NCBI RefSeq assembly: GCF_036588685.1
Contig: NC_086379.1
Coordinates: forward strand, 83,762,001-83,826,000
Source: Mytilus trossulus
Lineage: Eukaryota
DNA length: 64,000 bases
Reading direction: 5' to 3'
The notes under the pieces are model-generated. The model searched no databases. It was not told the DNA's origin and was given only the letters and a program-made list of their open reading frames with translations. Every line of letters begins with the position of its first letter. The stretch's first letter is position 1. Below, in pieces: positions 12,942 through 25,200 of this stretch. The position numbers were made by a program, and so were the translations under genes.

Positions 12942-13504
12942 CTTAAGTAATGATAATTGATATAAGACGAATTAATGTCCAAGGATTGTTACACCCATTA
13001 AAAGTGGATATTGGAATGTTAATTACGGTGTTTTCTTAATGAGCAAGAGTATAAATGCAATAAAAGCAAAATAATACAAAAAAATGAAATAGATTCAAGA
13101 CTTTTTTCAGACTATGAAAGGAAGGAATATTGTATTAAGTATAGTAAAATTGAGGAAAAAAAAGAAAAAAACATGGAACACATGATTTAGAACCAAAACT
13201 GAAAATGTAATATGAAAATCTATTATTTATAAAAGAAAAATACCTACTAGAAAACAAATTTAAAATAAGCCTAAAAAGCTAAAGGAGCACACTTCAAATG
13301 AAAACAAAAGTGGGTAGAAAAAGGGGAAAAAACAATGCATACTATCCAGGTATTCAGAAAATCTTAGCAAACAATACAAGACATGACTGAAATTAAAAAA
13401 ATGATAACAACGAAAGTATAACAGATGAAAATAAATATTATAATTTGAATGAGATATAGGCTAATAAATTTATTTGACACTAAACTGGATGGGATTTAAT
13501 CTTA

Positions 13505-14225
13505 TTGAAAAAATAATTCATGGAAGCCATAGATTGTTGGAAATTTACACATGGCCTGGGTCGTGATATTCAAATTTTATCCTGAGCGTTAACGAATATC
13601 ACGGCCCAGGCCATGTGTAAATTTCCAACAATCTATGGCTTCCATAAATTATTTCGATTCTGATAGGACAAATATGGTCATTAAAAAACTGAAGCAAGGG
13701 TGGGTATGCTGTGTGTGTGGCTGTTCTTTTTTACTCCATTTTAGAAAAAGCTCAAATATCTTTATAAATATGTAGCTTATTGCATAGGTTATTTGTGAAT
13801 AACCGCTAGAAAAAAATCTGTTTAATTCTTTTAATTCTCAAACCCGACATTTGCCATTTTTAATTTACATGTGTGTTTTTCTCGTAAGCTTCCGTCAAAT
13901 CCAAAGTTGACATTTCTTAACTAAGGAGCCGCCATGTTGACTTGTTGAAATGAGTAAATATGCGAATAATGCAATAGAAAAGAAAATAACACAAAACCTA
14001 CATTTGTACCTCAAAAATCAGTTTTAATTCAATATCATACGAATTCAGATGGTTCACGTAACAGAAAACTAACTTAAGCGGTTTCTTTTGTATGACGTCA
14101 TGTTTTGAAATTACTTAAAATTGCGCCAAAAAGATTAATAGACTTTATTTTATTTTTATTTTGTTGATTTCGCCGAGCTCTTGTGCATTAATTCTTTTTA
14201 TTATGCATACAAATAAGAATAAAAG
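13505..14225. mobile_element. Non-autonomous element with long terminal hairpin (Crypton-like, tentative)
   Basis: Near-perfect ~58-bp inverted repeat at 13512-13653 (AATAATTCATGGAAGCCATAGATTG...CAATCTATGGCTTCCATAAATTATT). The right boundary is approximate. Confidence 0.5.
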
Positions 14226-16257
14226 TTATTTTGTCTTATTTTAATTGCACTTTTTAAAACAATAAAATCGGCAAAAGGTTTGCAAATAGGTTCCATTACA
14301 TGTAGATTTACATGGGAAGTAAATTGTAACAGCCATTATTATGTATATCTCTGAGTATGCGCTAAGAATAGATATATCGAGAATTTTATCACAGTGTTGT
14401 TTATAAAGCTAAAGAAGCACGTCATATTTGAATTTTCTAGAGCAAATATGAAATGTAATAGATCATAATCATCATGCAGATAAGTTTAACATAAAAGGGG
14501 AGGAGGTCTTGGTTGCCGAGTGGTCTAAGTAACTACTATACAGTAGTCACTAGCCATTCCGGCCAAAATGTAACAGAACAAAGGGAAGCATGCAGAAGAA
14601 GGAAACTCCAACTGGGATGATTCCACTCAGATCACCCAGCCTTTATGTTTGTGTCTTTTATGATAAACTTGAAGTGAAATACATGCCTGTTGTGTTCCCC
14701 TCTAGATATTATTTGAAAATTGTGTTTCTGGTTTGTGGTCTCCTTAAAATTTACCGAACATATTGTTTTTATTCAATTTAAAAAAACAACTAAAAAGAAA
14801 TAAAATATATGACATGAAATACAAGCCTTTGTTAATAAATGACCTTTAACTTTGTCAAAATAAAGTAATATAGCCTTATCAACAATGATATATACCTCTT
14901 AATTAAGGAATTTGTCATATCACTCTATGTCTTCGTTTACTAAAATGTCGGTTATAAGGAAGTAAATTAGGACATGTTTATACATGATCGTTGTAATCAG
15001 TAAATATTTAAACGACATCTATAAATAGATAAAACCGGTTCAAGTACACCAGTAGTATTTAAAAGACACAATTGTGAATATAATATAACGGGAATTTTCT
15101 TACCTCTAAAGTTAGATTTAAAAACCTTTTGATTAATCATAGTTTTTAAGATTTAATTGTTTTGCTAATAAATTTTAGATAAGAAATTCTGTTACAAATG
15201 TTCTTATGCTAAATATGTTTTCATTCTTTTTTAAAACCATTTAAAATTATTGTTAATTTTAGACAAAATATAAAGTAGGGTATGATTTTATTTAGACAGC
15301 AACCCAGCAACAAATATATCTAGCGGTCAAGGTACAGTCTTCTGGAAAACACAGATATCTATCCGGTATGCAAGCTGGGAGTTAAACAAGTTATGATAAA
15401 CTATTTAACAGCAACTGAGAGAAGAATAAAGATATAATATTCACACTAAAGTTCACTGAGAACAAATCACATTTTGTTGTTAGAAAGAGCTGTTTCTTGG
15501 TGTATATTTTGAACTTGTTTGATTGGTAAAAGTTGGTAATAACATGTCGATCTGTTGAATATATTCTGTTTTAACTAAAAACATATTAAAGTTAGGTCCT
15601 GCTTCAGGTTAAAGTTTTTGGTCAAGGTAATTTTTGATGAAGTTGAAGTCCAATCAACTTAAAACTTAGTACACATGTTCTCTTTAATATGATCTTTCTA
15701 ATTTTGATGCGAAATTATAGTTTTGTCCCCAATTTTAAGGTTCACTGAACATAGAAAATAAAAGTGTGAGTGGGGCATCCATGTACTATGGACACATTCT
15801 TGTAACAGATGTTGTTAGGATTTGTTTTACAGAAAAATTGTTTATTTGTGGGGAGAAATGTGGTATAATATATTTAACTAGTTGATTGATTTTTTAACTC
15901 TGATTACTTTATTTGATAGGTTAACTATATTTCTGGTATAAATTGAGTGAAGGTTTGTTAGCCCCGTTCATCTAGATCTGACATTAACCTCATTTTATGG
16001 ATATGAATAGTAGATGTATATGTTTTGAATGATACATAACTTGATTAAATGATAGGATTGCCACATAGCCAAATATAGCACATCAACCACCATCCTGTGA
16101 CTCATCTGGAGCTCAAAACATTCAGGTCCAACTTACGGGGGAGTTTAGCCAGTTTTACTTATACACGATCCTTCCTCTTTGCCTATAATAATGCCATATG
16201 TTGTGAAACTAAAAAAATGTTTATAATAGTTTGTATTTTAATTCTCCTGTTGGTTTT

Positions 16258-18019
16258 TGTTTATATCATCACAACTTTATTGTGATATTTCAAAAAGGGT
16301 CTTTATATCATTACAACTTTATTGTGATATTTCAAAAAGGGTCTTTATATCATCACAACTTTATTGTGAAATTTCAAAAAGGGTCTTTATATCAGCACAA
16401 CTTTATTGTGATATTTCAAAAAGGGTCTTTATATCAGCACAACTCTATTGTGATATTTCAAAAAGGGTCTTTATATCAGCACAACTCTATTGTGATATTT
16501 CAAAAAGGGTCTTTATATCATCACAACTTTATTGTGAAATTTCAAAAAGGGTCTTTATATCAGCACAACTTTATTGTGATATTTCAAAAAGGGTCTTTAT
16601 ATCAGCACAACTCTATTGTGATATTTCAAAAAGGGTCTTTATATCAGCACAACTTTATTGTGATATTTCAAAAAGGGTCTTTATATCATTACAACTTTAT
16701 TGTGAAATTTCAAAAAGGGTCTTTATATCAGCACAACTTTATTGTGATATTTCAAAAAGGGTCTTTATATCATTACAACTTTATTGTGATATTTCAAAAA
16801 GGGTCTTTATATCATTACAACTTTATTGTGATATTTCAAAAAGGGTCTTTATATCATCACAACTTTATTTTGAAATTTCAAAAAGGGTCTTTATATCATT
16901 ACAACTTTATTGTGATATTTCAAAAAGGGTCTTTATATCATCACAACTTTATTGTGATATTTCAAAAAGGGTCTTTATATCATCACAACTTTATTGTGAT
17001 ATTTCAAAAAGGGTCTTTATATCAGCACAACTTTATTGTGATATTTCAAAAAGGGTCTTTATATCATTACAACTTTATTGTGATATTTCAAAAAGGGTCT
17101 TTATATCATCACAACTCTATTGTGATATTTCAAAAAGGGTCTTTATATCAGCACAACTTTATTGTGATATTTCAAAAAGGGTCTTTATATCATCACAACT
17201 TTATTGTGATATTTCAAAAAGGGTCTTTATATCATCACAACTTTATTGTGATATTTCAAAAAGGGTCTTTATATCATTACAACTTTATTGTGATATTTCA
17301 AAAAGGGTCTTTATATCATTACAACTTTATTGTGATATTTCAAAAAGGGTCTTTATATCATTACAACTTTATTTTGAAATTTCAAAAAGGGTCTTTATAT
17401 CATTACAACTTTATTGTGATATTTCAAAAAGGGTCTTTATATCAGCACAACTTTATTGTGATATTTCAAAAAGGGTCTTTATATCAGCACAACTGTATTG
17501 TGATATTTCAAAAAGGGTCTTTATATCATCACAACTCTATTGTGATATTTCAAAAAGGGTCTTTATATCAGCACAACTTTATTGTGAAGTTTCAAAAAAG
17601 GGTCTTTATATCAGCACAACTCTATTGAGATATTTCAAAAAGGGTCTTTATATCATCACAACTCTATTGTGATATTTCAAAAAGGGTCTTTATATCATTA
17701 CAACTTTATTGTGAAATTTCAAAAAGGGTCTTTATATCAGCACAACTTTATTGTGATATTTCAAAAAGGGTCTTTATATCAGCACAACTCTATTATGATA
17801 TTTCAAAAAGGGTCTTTATATCAGCACAACTTTATTGTGAAATTTCAAAAAGGGTCTTTATATCATTACAACTTCATTGTGATATTTCAAAAAGGGTCTT
17901 TATATCATCACAACTTTATTGTGATATTTCAAAAAGGGTCTTTATATCAGCACAACTTTATTGTGATATTTCAAAAAGGGTCTTTATATCAGCACAACTT
18001 TATTGTGATATTTCAAAAA
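16258..18019. repeat. 42-bp minisatellite, ~42 copies
   Basis: Unit CAAAAAGGGTCTTTATATCATCACAACTTTATTGTGATATTT with an internal dyad ATCACAA-CTTTA-TTGTGAT. Confidence 0.98.
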
Positions 18020-18373
18020 TTGATGATTATTTATATAATTATGTTAATATTGTCTGCAATTATTTTGGAGAGGTAATTTTAGATGTGAAAATGTAACAGT
18101 CTTGGTTAACTCAGTTTAATCTAATTTTGGATGTAACGCGTCTTCTGATTGGCTGACGATATTTTGTTATCAGCCCATAGACATAATTTAGTCATGTGAC
18201 CGTGGTGTAATCAATGTTTTTCCATTGTTTTGTAAGGTTTAAAATGGAATTTAGAATTAAAAAAAATTATAAGAAATGACTACTATTTTTTCTGTCTATT
18301 CGAAATAACATAAAAAATGTTGTGCACACTGTAAATAACCCGCTAAACGCGTTATTCAGTGTGCACCACATTT

Positions 18374-21300
18374 GTAGGCAGTTAAGCTGCCTTATGCGAG
18401 CACCCTGGATTTGTAGTCTACCAAATAAATGCTGAAATAGCTGGCTACGATATTATTTATAACATATTGGACAATTTTTTCATACTTTTCATTCTGGATT
18501 ACAAAAAATATGACCAGAAAAACCTTAAAGGATCGTCGATTTTCCCAAAAGTTTTGAAGTTGCACATAGGAAGTAGAGCACATTAGGGATCCTTATGTAG
18601 TTTATTCTCCCCTGAGCTTTTGGCTAAGATGTCAAAGAACAAATGTATGAAATATTTAATAGCCGAAAATCTCTAACGACAAGTAGTTCAAGATTTCCGA
18701 AATTGCAAAAGTCGTAGGAATATTGTTTGTCGTCAATACGTAGTTAACTACGTCAGTAGTCTATTGATATAAGTTCAACTGATCACGCTTGTTGATGGCA
18801 ATTTTGAATTAGAAGATGAAATTTTCGTATCTTTTCAATTTGGACGCAGGGGTTCAAATTAGCGGTGGTCAGAGGTCTGGGACCTTCCACTTTGCAGTAG
18901 GACTTACTACTTGGTTACTAGCTACGCTCGACATGCCTGACGTACCTTGAAAGAAAGTAAAAAAATAACTCTGCAAACATTTTTACCAAAGTTTCCTAAT
19001 AAACATCTCAAACTTATTTTCATCATTCCTATTCATGGCAGAGATGTTCAATTTGTTCAACCGCTAGCTTTATACAGAAAATCGCCGACAAATAATGTGT
19101 GAATCCGAGTAAAATCGTATTTCACTATCTGTTAAAAACAACATTAAAAACAAAATGGCTGCCGCGAGAATTACAATTACAATATCAGAACTGATTCTGG
19201 AACGGATAAGGGTTATCCCGGGTTTTGGATAACAACTAAAAATCCAGACAGGTGACAAAATACATCTATGCATGGTAAATAAATATAAACACTAGAATTA
19301 AAACCCAAAAGATATATGTAAAAGAAAGAAAAAGCAGAAAAAAATTTGTACACCAATTTTAATGTCAAAATCCATTACAACGTGACAGCTGGGAACAGTT
19401 TATCTAACAATATATATGTTCCTGGTAACAGTATTAATTTTCTTTATCAGTGATAAATGATGGTAATGCAATTTTGTTAGATGCTTTTCAAGTTAAACGT
19501 ATTTTTGCATTTTCAAGGGGTATTTTTTTCTTCTCAATTTTGATAGGTCAGTTAAAATAGCTTGAAGTTTCTTATATAAAAAAAAAAGATGTGGTATGAT
19601 TGCCAATGAGACAACTGTCCACAAGAGACCAAAATAACACAGACATTTACAACAATAGGTCATCTCATCCTTCAACAATGTGCAAAGCCCATACCGCATA
19701 GTCAGCTATAAAAGGCCCCAATAAGACAATGTAAAACAATTCAAACGAGAAAACTAACGGCCCTATTTATATAAAAAAAAATAACAAACAAACGACAACC
19801 ACTGAATTACAGGATCCTGACTTGGGACAGGCACAAATAGTGCAACTATATTATATGATACCTGAATGTAAGCAAATCATTTGATATATAGGTAGAGTCC
19901 ATTGGGCCACTCTACCTCCTCCTGTTTGATAACTTTGAAACGGATGAGATCCCCACCCCTCAGCCATATACATTCATGTATGAGACTAAATAACTAATCA
20001 AATGAAATATAGGGGAAGTCCCTAGGGTCACCCCACCCCCTCATATTTTAGAACTTGGAAACAGTCGAGATCCCCATCCCTAAACCATATTTATTCATGT
20101 ATGGGACAATATAACAAATCATATGAAATATAGATGGAGTTCTTGGGGCCACTCTATCCCTTTCTGTTTGAGAATTTATTATGCTCAAGATCCACAATCT
20201 TTTAAAAGAATATATATTTATGTATGGGACAATATTACAAATCAAATGAATTATAAGGGGGTCTATGATCACTGTACACCCTCCTGTTTAAGAACTTGGA
20301 AAAATTTGAGATCATCACCCCTTAACCATATATACTCATGTATAAGACTATATAACAAATCAAATGAAATATAGGGGAAGTCCCTGTGGTCACCCTACCC
20401 CTTCATGGTTAAGGACTTGGAAACAGTTGGGATCCTCAACTCTAAATTAAATGAAATATAGGGGGAGTCCCTGCAGTCACCCCACCCCTCCTGATTGAGA
20501 AATTGGAAACAGACAAGATCCCCACCTTTAAATTAAACCATATGTATTCATGTATGAGAACTAATCAGATGAAATATAGGGAGAGTCCTTATGGTCACCA
20601 TACCCACTCCTGTTTGATAAATTAGAAACAGATGACGGATCCCCACCCCTCAACCATATATATATATATTCATGTATTGGACAATATAACATATTTAATG
20701 AAATATAGCGGAAGTCACTGGGGTCCCCCACCTCCTCCTGTTTGAAAACTTGATAACAGTTGAGATCCCCACTCATAAACCATATATATCCATATATGGG
20801 ACAATATAAAAAATCAACTGAAAAATAGGGGTAGTCCCTAGGGTCTACCCACACCCTCTTGTGTGTGTTTTGAGAACTAATAAAAGATTGAGATAACAAC
20901 GCCTAAACTATATTCTTTCCTGTTTGTCATTTCAAAAAAAGATTGAATGACATACAAGGTCAATCTCATAGACAACACATATGCATATCACTTTGCTAGA
21001 CCCTAACACCTGTCATTTATTCCAAACTTAGACATCATGGACTTGGGGTGAAGGTGGGAGTCATTTACATTTACTATGGACAGGTCAGTCAGACCTCACC
21101 ATTGATCCCTACTGTAGTAGTAAACATTTGTCTGATTTGTGTCTCATAACTTTTATACTGTACAACACAAACTCAGTTTTCTTTCCAGGGAAGCAAGTCC
21201 ATTCATACTTTTACAAGCTCGTACTAAGTCAACCTGAACTACTAACAGTCAACTAATACGAACAATTATGATCAACTAGAAGAACTGCAATCATTTCAAA

Positions 21301-21563
21301 TGTGTATCACTGCTAACTCGTGAAAGACTCATGACCATTTGTGGTCATGTGCGTTGCTATTGAAAACATTGATAAAATATCAATTATTTGCCTTAATGAT
21401 TAATTGGTTAAATGAACATAATGTACAATTATATATGAATGTTTAATGTTTGTTCTTTTAAATTTAAAAAAAAAAAGTTGAAGCAACATTGCCACAGTTT
21501 TCATAATTATGTTTGCCTTGGTTTTTCGGTTAACTGCCTACAGTGCTTACAGTGCTTTGATTT
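18374..21563 (+). mobile_element. Large HINE/Helentron-like non-autonomous element, copy 2
   Basis: Same ends as copy 1. Inserted into a T run of another element, whose halves 18123-18373 and 21561-21607 rejoin to match 39797-40097. Carries a SINE fragment (19579-19835) and an internal array (about 19880-20910). Confidence 0.82.
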
Positions 21564-22276
21564 ATGTTATTTCTTCATAGACAGAAAAAATACAAGTCAT
21601 TCCTTAAAAATTGATTGAATAGATTGAAAATCAAGTTCATTCTAAGTGGCTAAGTGGTCTATGGGGCTGGACACAGTGAGTCTGTGTTGTCTTTGTAACC
21701 CAGTATCATGAGTCCAAGAAGAACAAAAATTTTCTTCCGCAAATAATCAGATGTAACATTTTTGCGCTGATATTTGAAAAATAAAATGATTATAATGATT
21801 ATCATATAAGTAAGGGGGAGTAAATATAATGTTTACATAGATCGTTTTAAATTAGCCTGAAAGACCTTAATAAAGCGTGATTCCTTTGACAGTCTTATAT
21901 TTATTAGATTCATTCAGTTTATAGAACAGAATTATGGAAAATGTTCACTACTGCATGATTCTAAATGTTCGCTCACATCTTGCATTCGTAAAGTTGGATC
22001 TCATATACATGATATATAGGTTGCATGCATATATGCATACTCTTTCCTAAATTATTTTAAACAATCTGTAATTATTTGTTGATAATGTGGTCATTGAGAA
22101 TTATGAATTTTAATATACATATAACTTTATTATAACATTCATTTTCATAAATATTTTGGGGGAATTTACTCTATGCAGAGGGGGTATTATTTTAGAAATT
22201 GGATTGCGTTTCTCTACTCTTATATCATGTATATATATATTTGACTAGATGTTATTGTTGTTTATATCTGTTACAG

Positions 22277-25200
22277 GAAACGTGTCGTTATTGTAAAGAA
22301 GATTGGACAGAACATTTTGGTAAAAGATGTGAGGAAATAGAGAAGAAAGATGAAGTTAAACTCAGGCTGCAATTGTAAGAATTAAGTTATTTTTTACCAG
22401 TTATTGACATTTGTCAATTCTTATGAAATTTTGTATATACAAGATGATGTTCTGTTTGCACAACTCATTTAAAAATTTCATTCTAATACGTTTTTCTTTT
22501 CTTTTTTTGTTAATATTTGTACTTTTTCACCACATAAGAATGTACTACATGTAATACCAATAACAAAGTTGTTTGTTAAATTTATTGTCATGCTCACTCT
22601 GTAATAGGACTAAATTGTGTATGTAAACTAATGGTATAAACTCCCAACCTTCAATATTGACTAAGTAAAAAGTCCTTTTATATTTAGATTTTTCTGTTAT
22701 TTTCTTACTAAAGGTTTCATAAATGTCGAGAGAATGTTAAATTTCACGAGCCGTAAGGCGAGGGAAATTCATTCTCAAGACTGGTATTTTTTCGCAAATA
22801 CCCCTCAAGAACATGATATATCTGTTTAATTGCACCGAATGTTAATGTACTAAAACACATTGATGATCGTGACGTTACAAGCATCCAGTCGGATAGAGTA
22901 TTTATTGGCAAATACCACGGCAGAGAGGGTAATATAGGCATATCCTTTTAGCAAATACCCCGGCGGCGTTAAAAATGAATGATATTCATTTGATAAAAGT
23001 AAATTGGTGAAAAATACACTGGCTATCAACCAATCAAAACCCCTGATTCTTACATAAGGTGAAATTATAAGCATAAGGCTTTTCTTGATTTGTAAAATTT
23101 CTTCTGTGTTTTGTAGTGAAGAGAAAATGACTGAAGCCAAGATAAGAACATGTCATAAATGTAAAGCAAAGTTCACTAAATCAGATGGCTGCAATAAAAT
23201 GACCTGTCGATGTGGAGCAAAAATGTGTTATATTTGTAGGCAGCCAAATGTAAGTTTACAGTACTTGTTTGTTAAGTCCTTCATAAGTTACAGGAGTTTT
23301 ATTCTGATGAAGCAATATTACGCATGCTACTGCCCTTGGAAAATTGATTGAAAATGTAAGAGGTCTAAGATAAAAATAATACCTTGTTTCTAAGAAGTTT
23401 ACCAAAGAGAAAACATTGTTTCTTCAGCATGTTCAGGGGAAAGGTTTGGAACTAAATCATATAAATATTCTCATATATAAGTATTAAAATAAAAAATTAG
23501 ACATTAAATTTACAAATACTTGTCCATCATCTCTTTCTTTGCACAAAATCAAATGTTTTTTTCTGTAATTAATTATGACATCATGCTTTGTTACAACTTT
23601 AAATGCATGTTATTGCAGCACAGTAAAATAGAATAAGTTGTTGAAACAAGCATTAGGAATAGCACCTATGGAGTCATATTGTGTAGTACCATATAATATA
23701 AAAGTATTAATTTTATTAGGAGATGTGGTATTATTTCCAATATGACAACTATCTACAAAAGTTTAAATGAATTGGATATTAGCAATTATGTGAACATTTT
23801 CCTAAATCCAAGACAACAATGTTTGTTTTATCTAACTTTGGTTTGACGTTCACAAAATACTCCTGCACAACTTATGATCAATTAAAAGATGATGTACTAC
23901 ATTTTATATCAGATGATTAAATTTAAAAATTGTTCTTTGCTTTCCCTTTTCTTTTGGCTATCTTCATGTGGGTTGAAATAACTTTACTCTTAACAACACT
24001 GATCATACCTGTGTATTTATTTTTTGTGGGCTATAATTTTCATTGATCAAGGAAAACTTTAATTTTCATGGATATTTAATTTTGTGGGTTTGGCAAAATC
24101 TGCATATATTCCTTTAGAAATTTGTAATTTTGCTGTGAATTTAAATTTGCGCTTCTCCTGTACCCACGAATTACATGCTTATTGGTATACAACAAAGATT
24201 ATTGAATCCACAGTAGTCCTTCCAGATTATAAAATATGTTCACCATTTTAATAGACTTTTTGTTATATATCTATATATATATGATTATTGATATTGTCTT
24301 TTAGATTGATTATGATCATTTCTGTCGTCACTTTAGAGATCCAAACAAAGGCAAAAATTGTACTGAATGTACATCATGTTCTTTGTGGTCAAATCCTGAG
24401 GTAAGTCAATGTACATCATATTCTTTGTGGTAAAATCCTGAAGTAAGTCAATGTACATCATGTTCTTTGTGGTCAAATCCTGGGGTAAGTCAATGTACAT
24501 CATGTTCTTTGTGGTCAAGTCCTGGGGTAAGTCAATGTACATCATATTCTTTGTGGTAAAATCCTGAAGTAAGTCAATGTACATCATGTTCTTTGTGGTC
24601 AAATCCTGAGGTAAGTCAATGTACCTCATGTTCTTTGTGGTCAAATCCTGAGGTAAGTAAATGTACATCATGTTCTTTGTGGTCAAATCCTGGGGTAAGT
24701 AATGTACATCATGTTCCTTGTGGTAAAATCCTGAAGTAAGTAAATGTACATCATGTTCTTTGTGGTCAAGTCGTGGGGTAAGTCAATGTACATCATATTC
24801 TTTGTGGTAAAATCCTGAAGTAAGTAAATGTACATCATGTTCTTTGTGGTCAAGTCCTGGGGTAAGTCAATGTACATCATATTCTTTGTGGTCAAATCCT
24901 GCGGTAAGTAAATGTACATCATGTTCTTTGTTGTCAAATCCTGAAGTAAGTTAATGTACATCATGTTCTTTGTGGTCAAATCCTGATATAAATTAATGTA
25001 CATCATTTTCCTTGTGGTCAAATCCTGAAGTAATTAAATGTACATCATGTTCTTTGTGATCAAATCCTGATATAAGTTAATGTACATCATGTTCCTTGTG
25101 GTCAAATCCTGAAGTAAGTAAATGTACATCATGTTCTTTGTGGTCAAATCCTGAGGTAAGTCGATATACAACATGTTCTTTGTGGTCAAATCCTGAGGTA

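Noticed and set aside
14500-14555. tRNA-like A-box (TTGCCGAGTGGTCTAAG; similar at about 21645)
   Set aside because: No B-box or cloverleaf follows; most likely decayed tRNA-derived SINE heads.
15833-15862. Possible 30-nt microexon (KLFICGEKC) between TTTTACAG and GTATAA
   Set aside because: Its phase does not fit the phase-0 junction at 22277, the donor is weak, and it does not match the expected RNF216 IBR sequence.
16231-18076. 465-, 471- and 135-aa repetitive ORFs
   Set aside because: They are translations of a 42-bp minisatellite open in two frames at once, with no non-repetitive domain or credible splice context.
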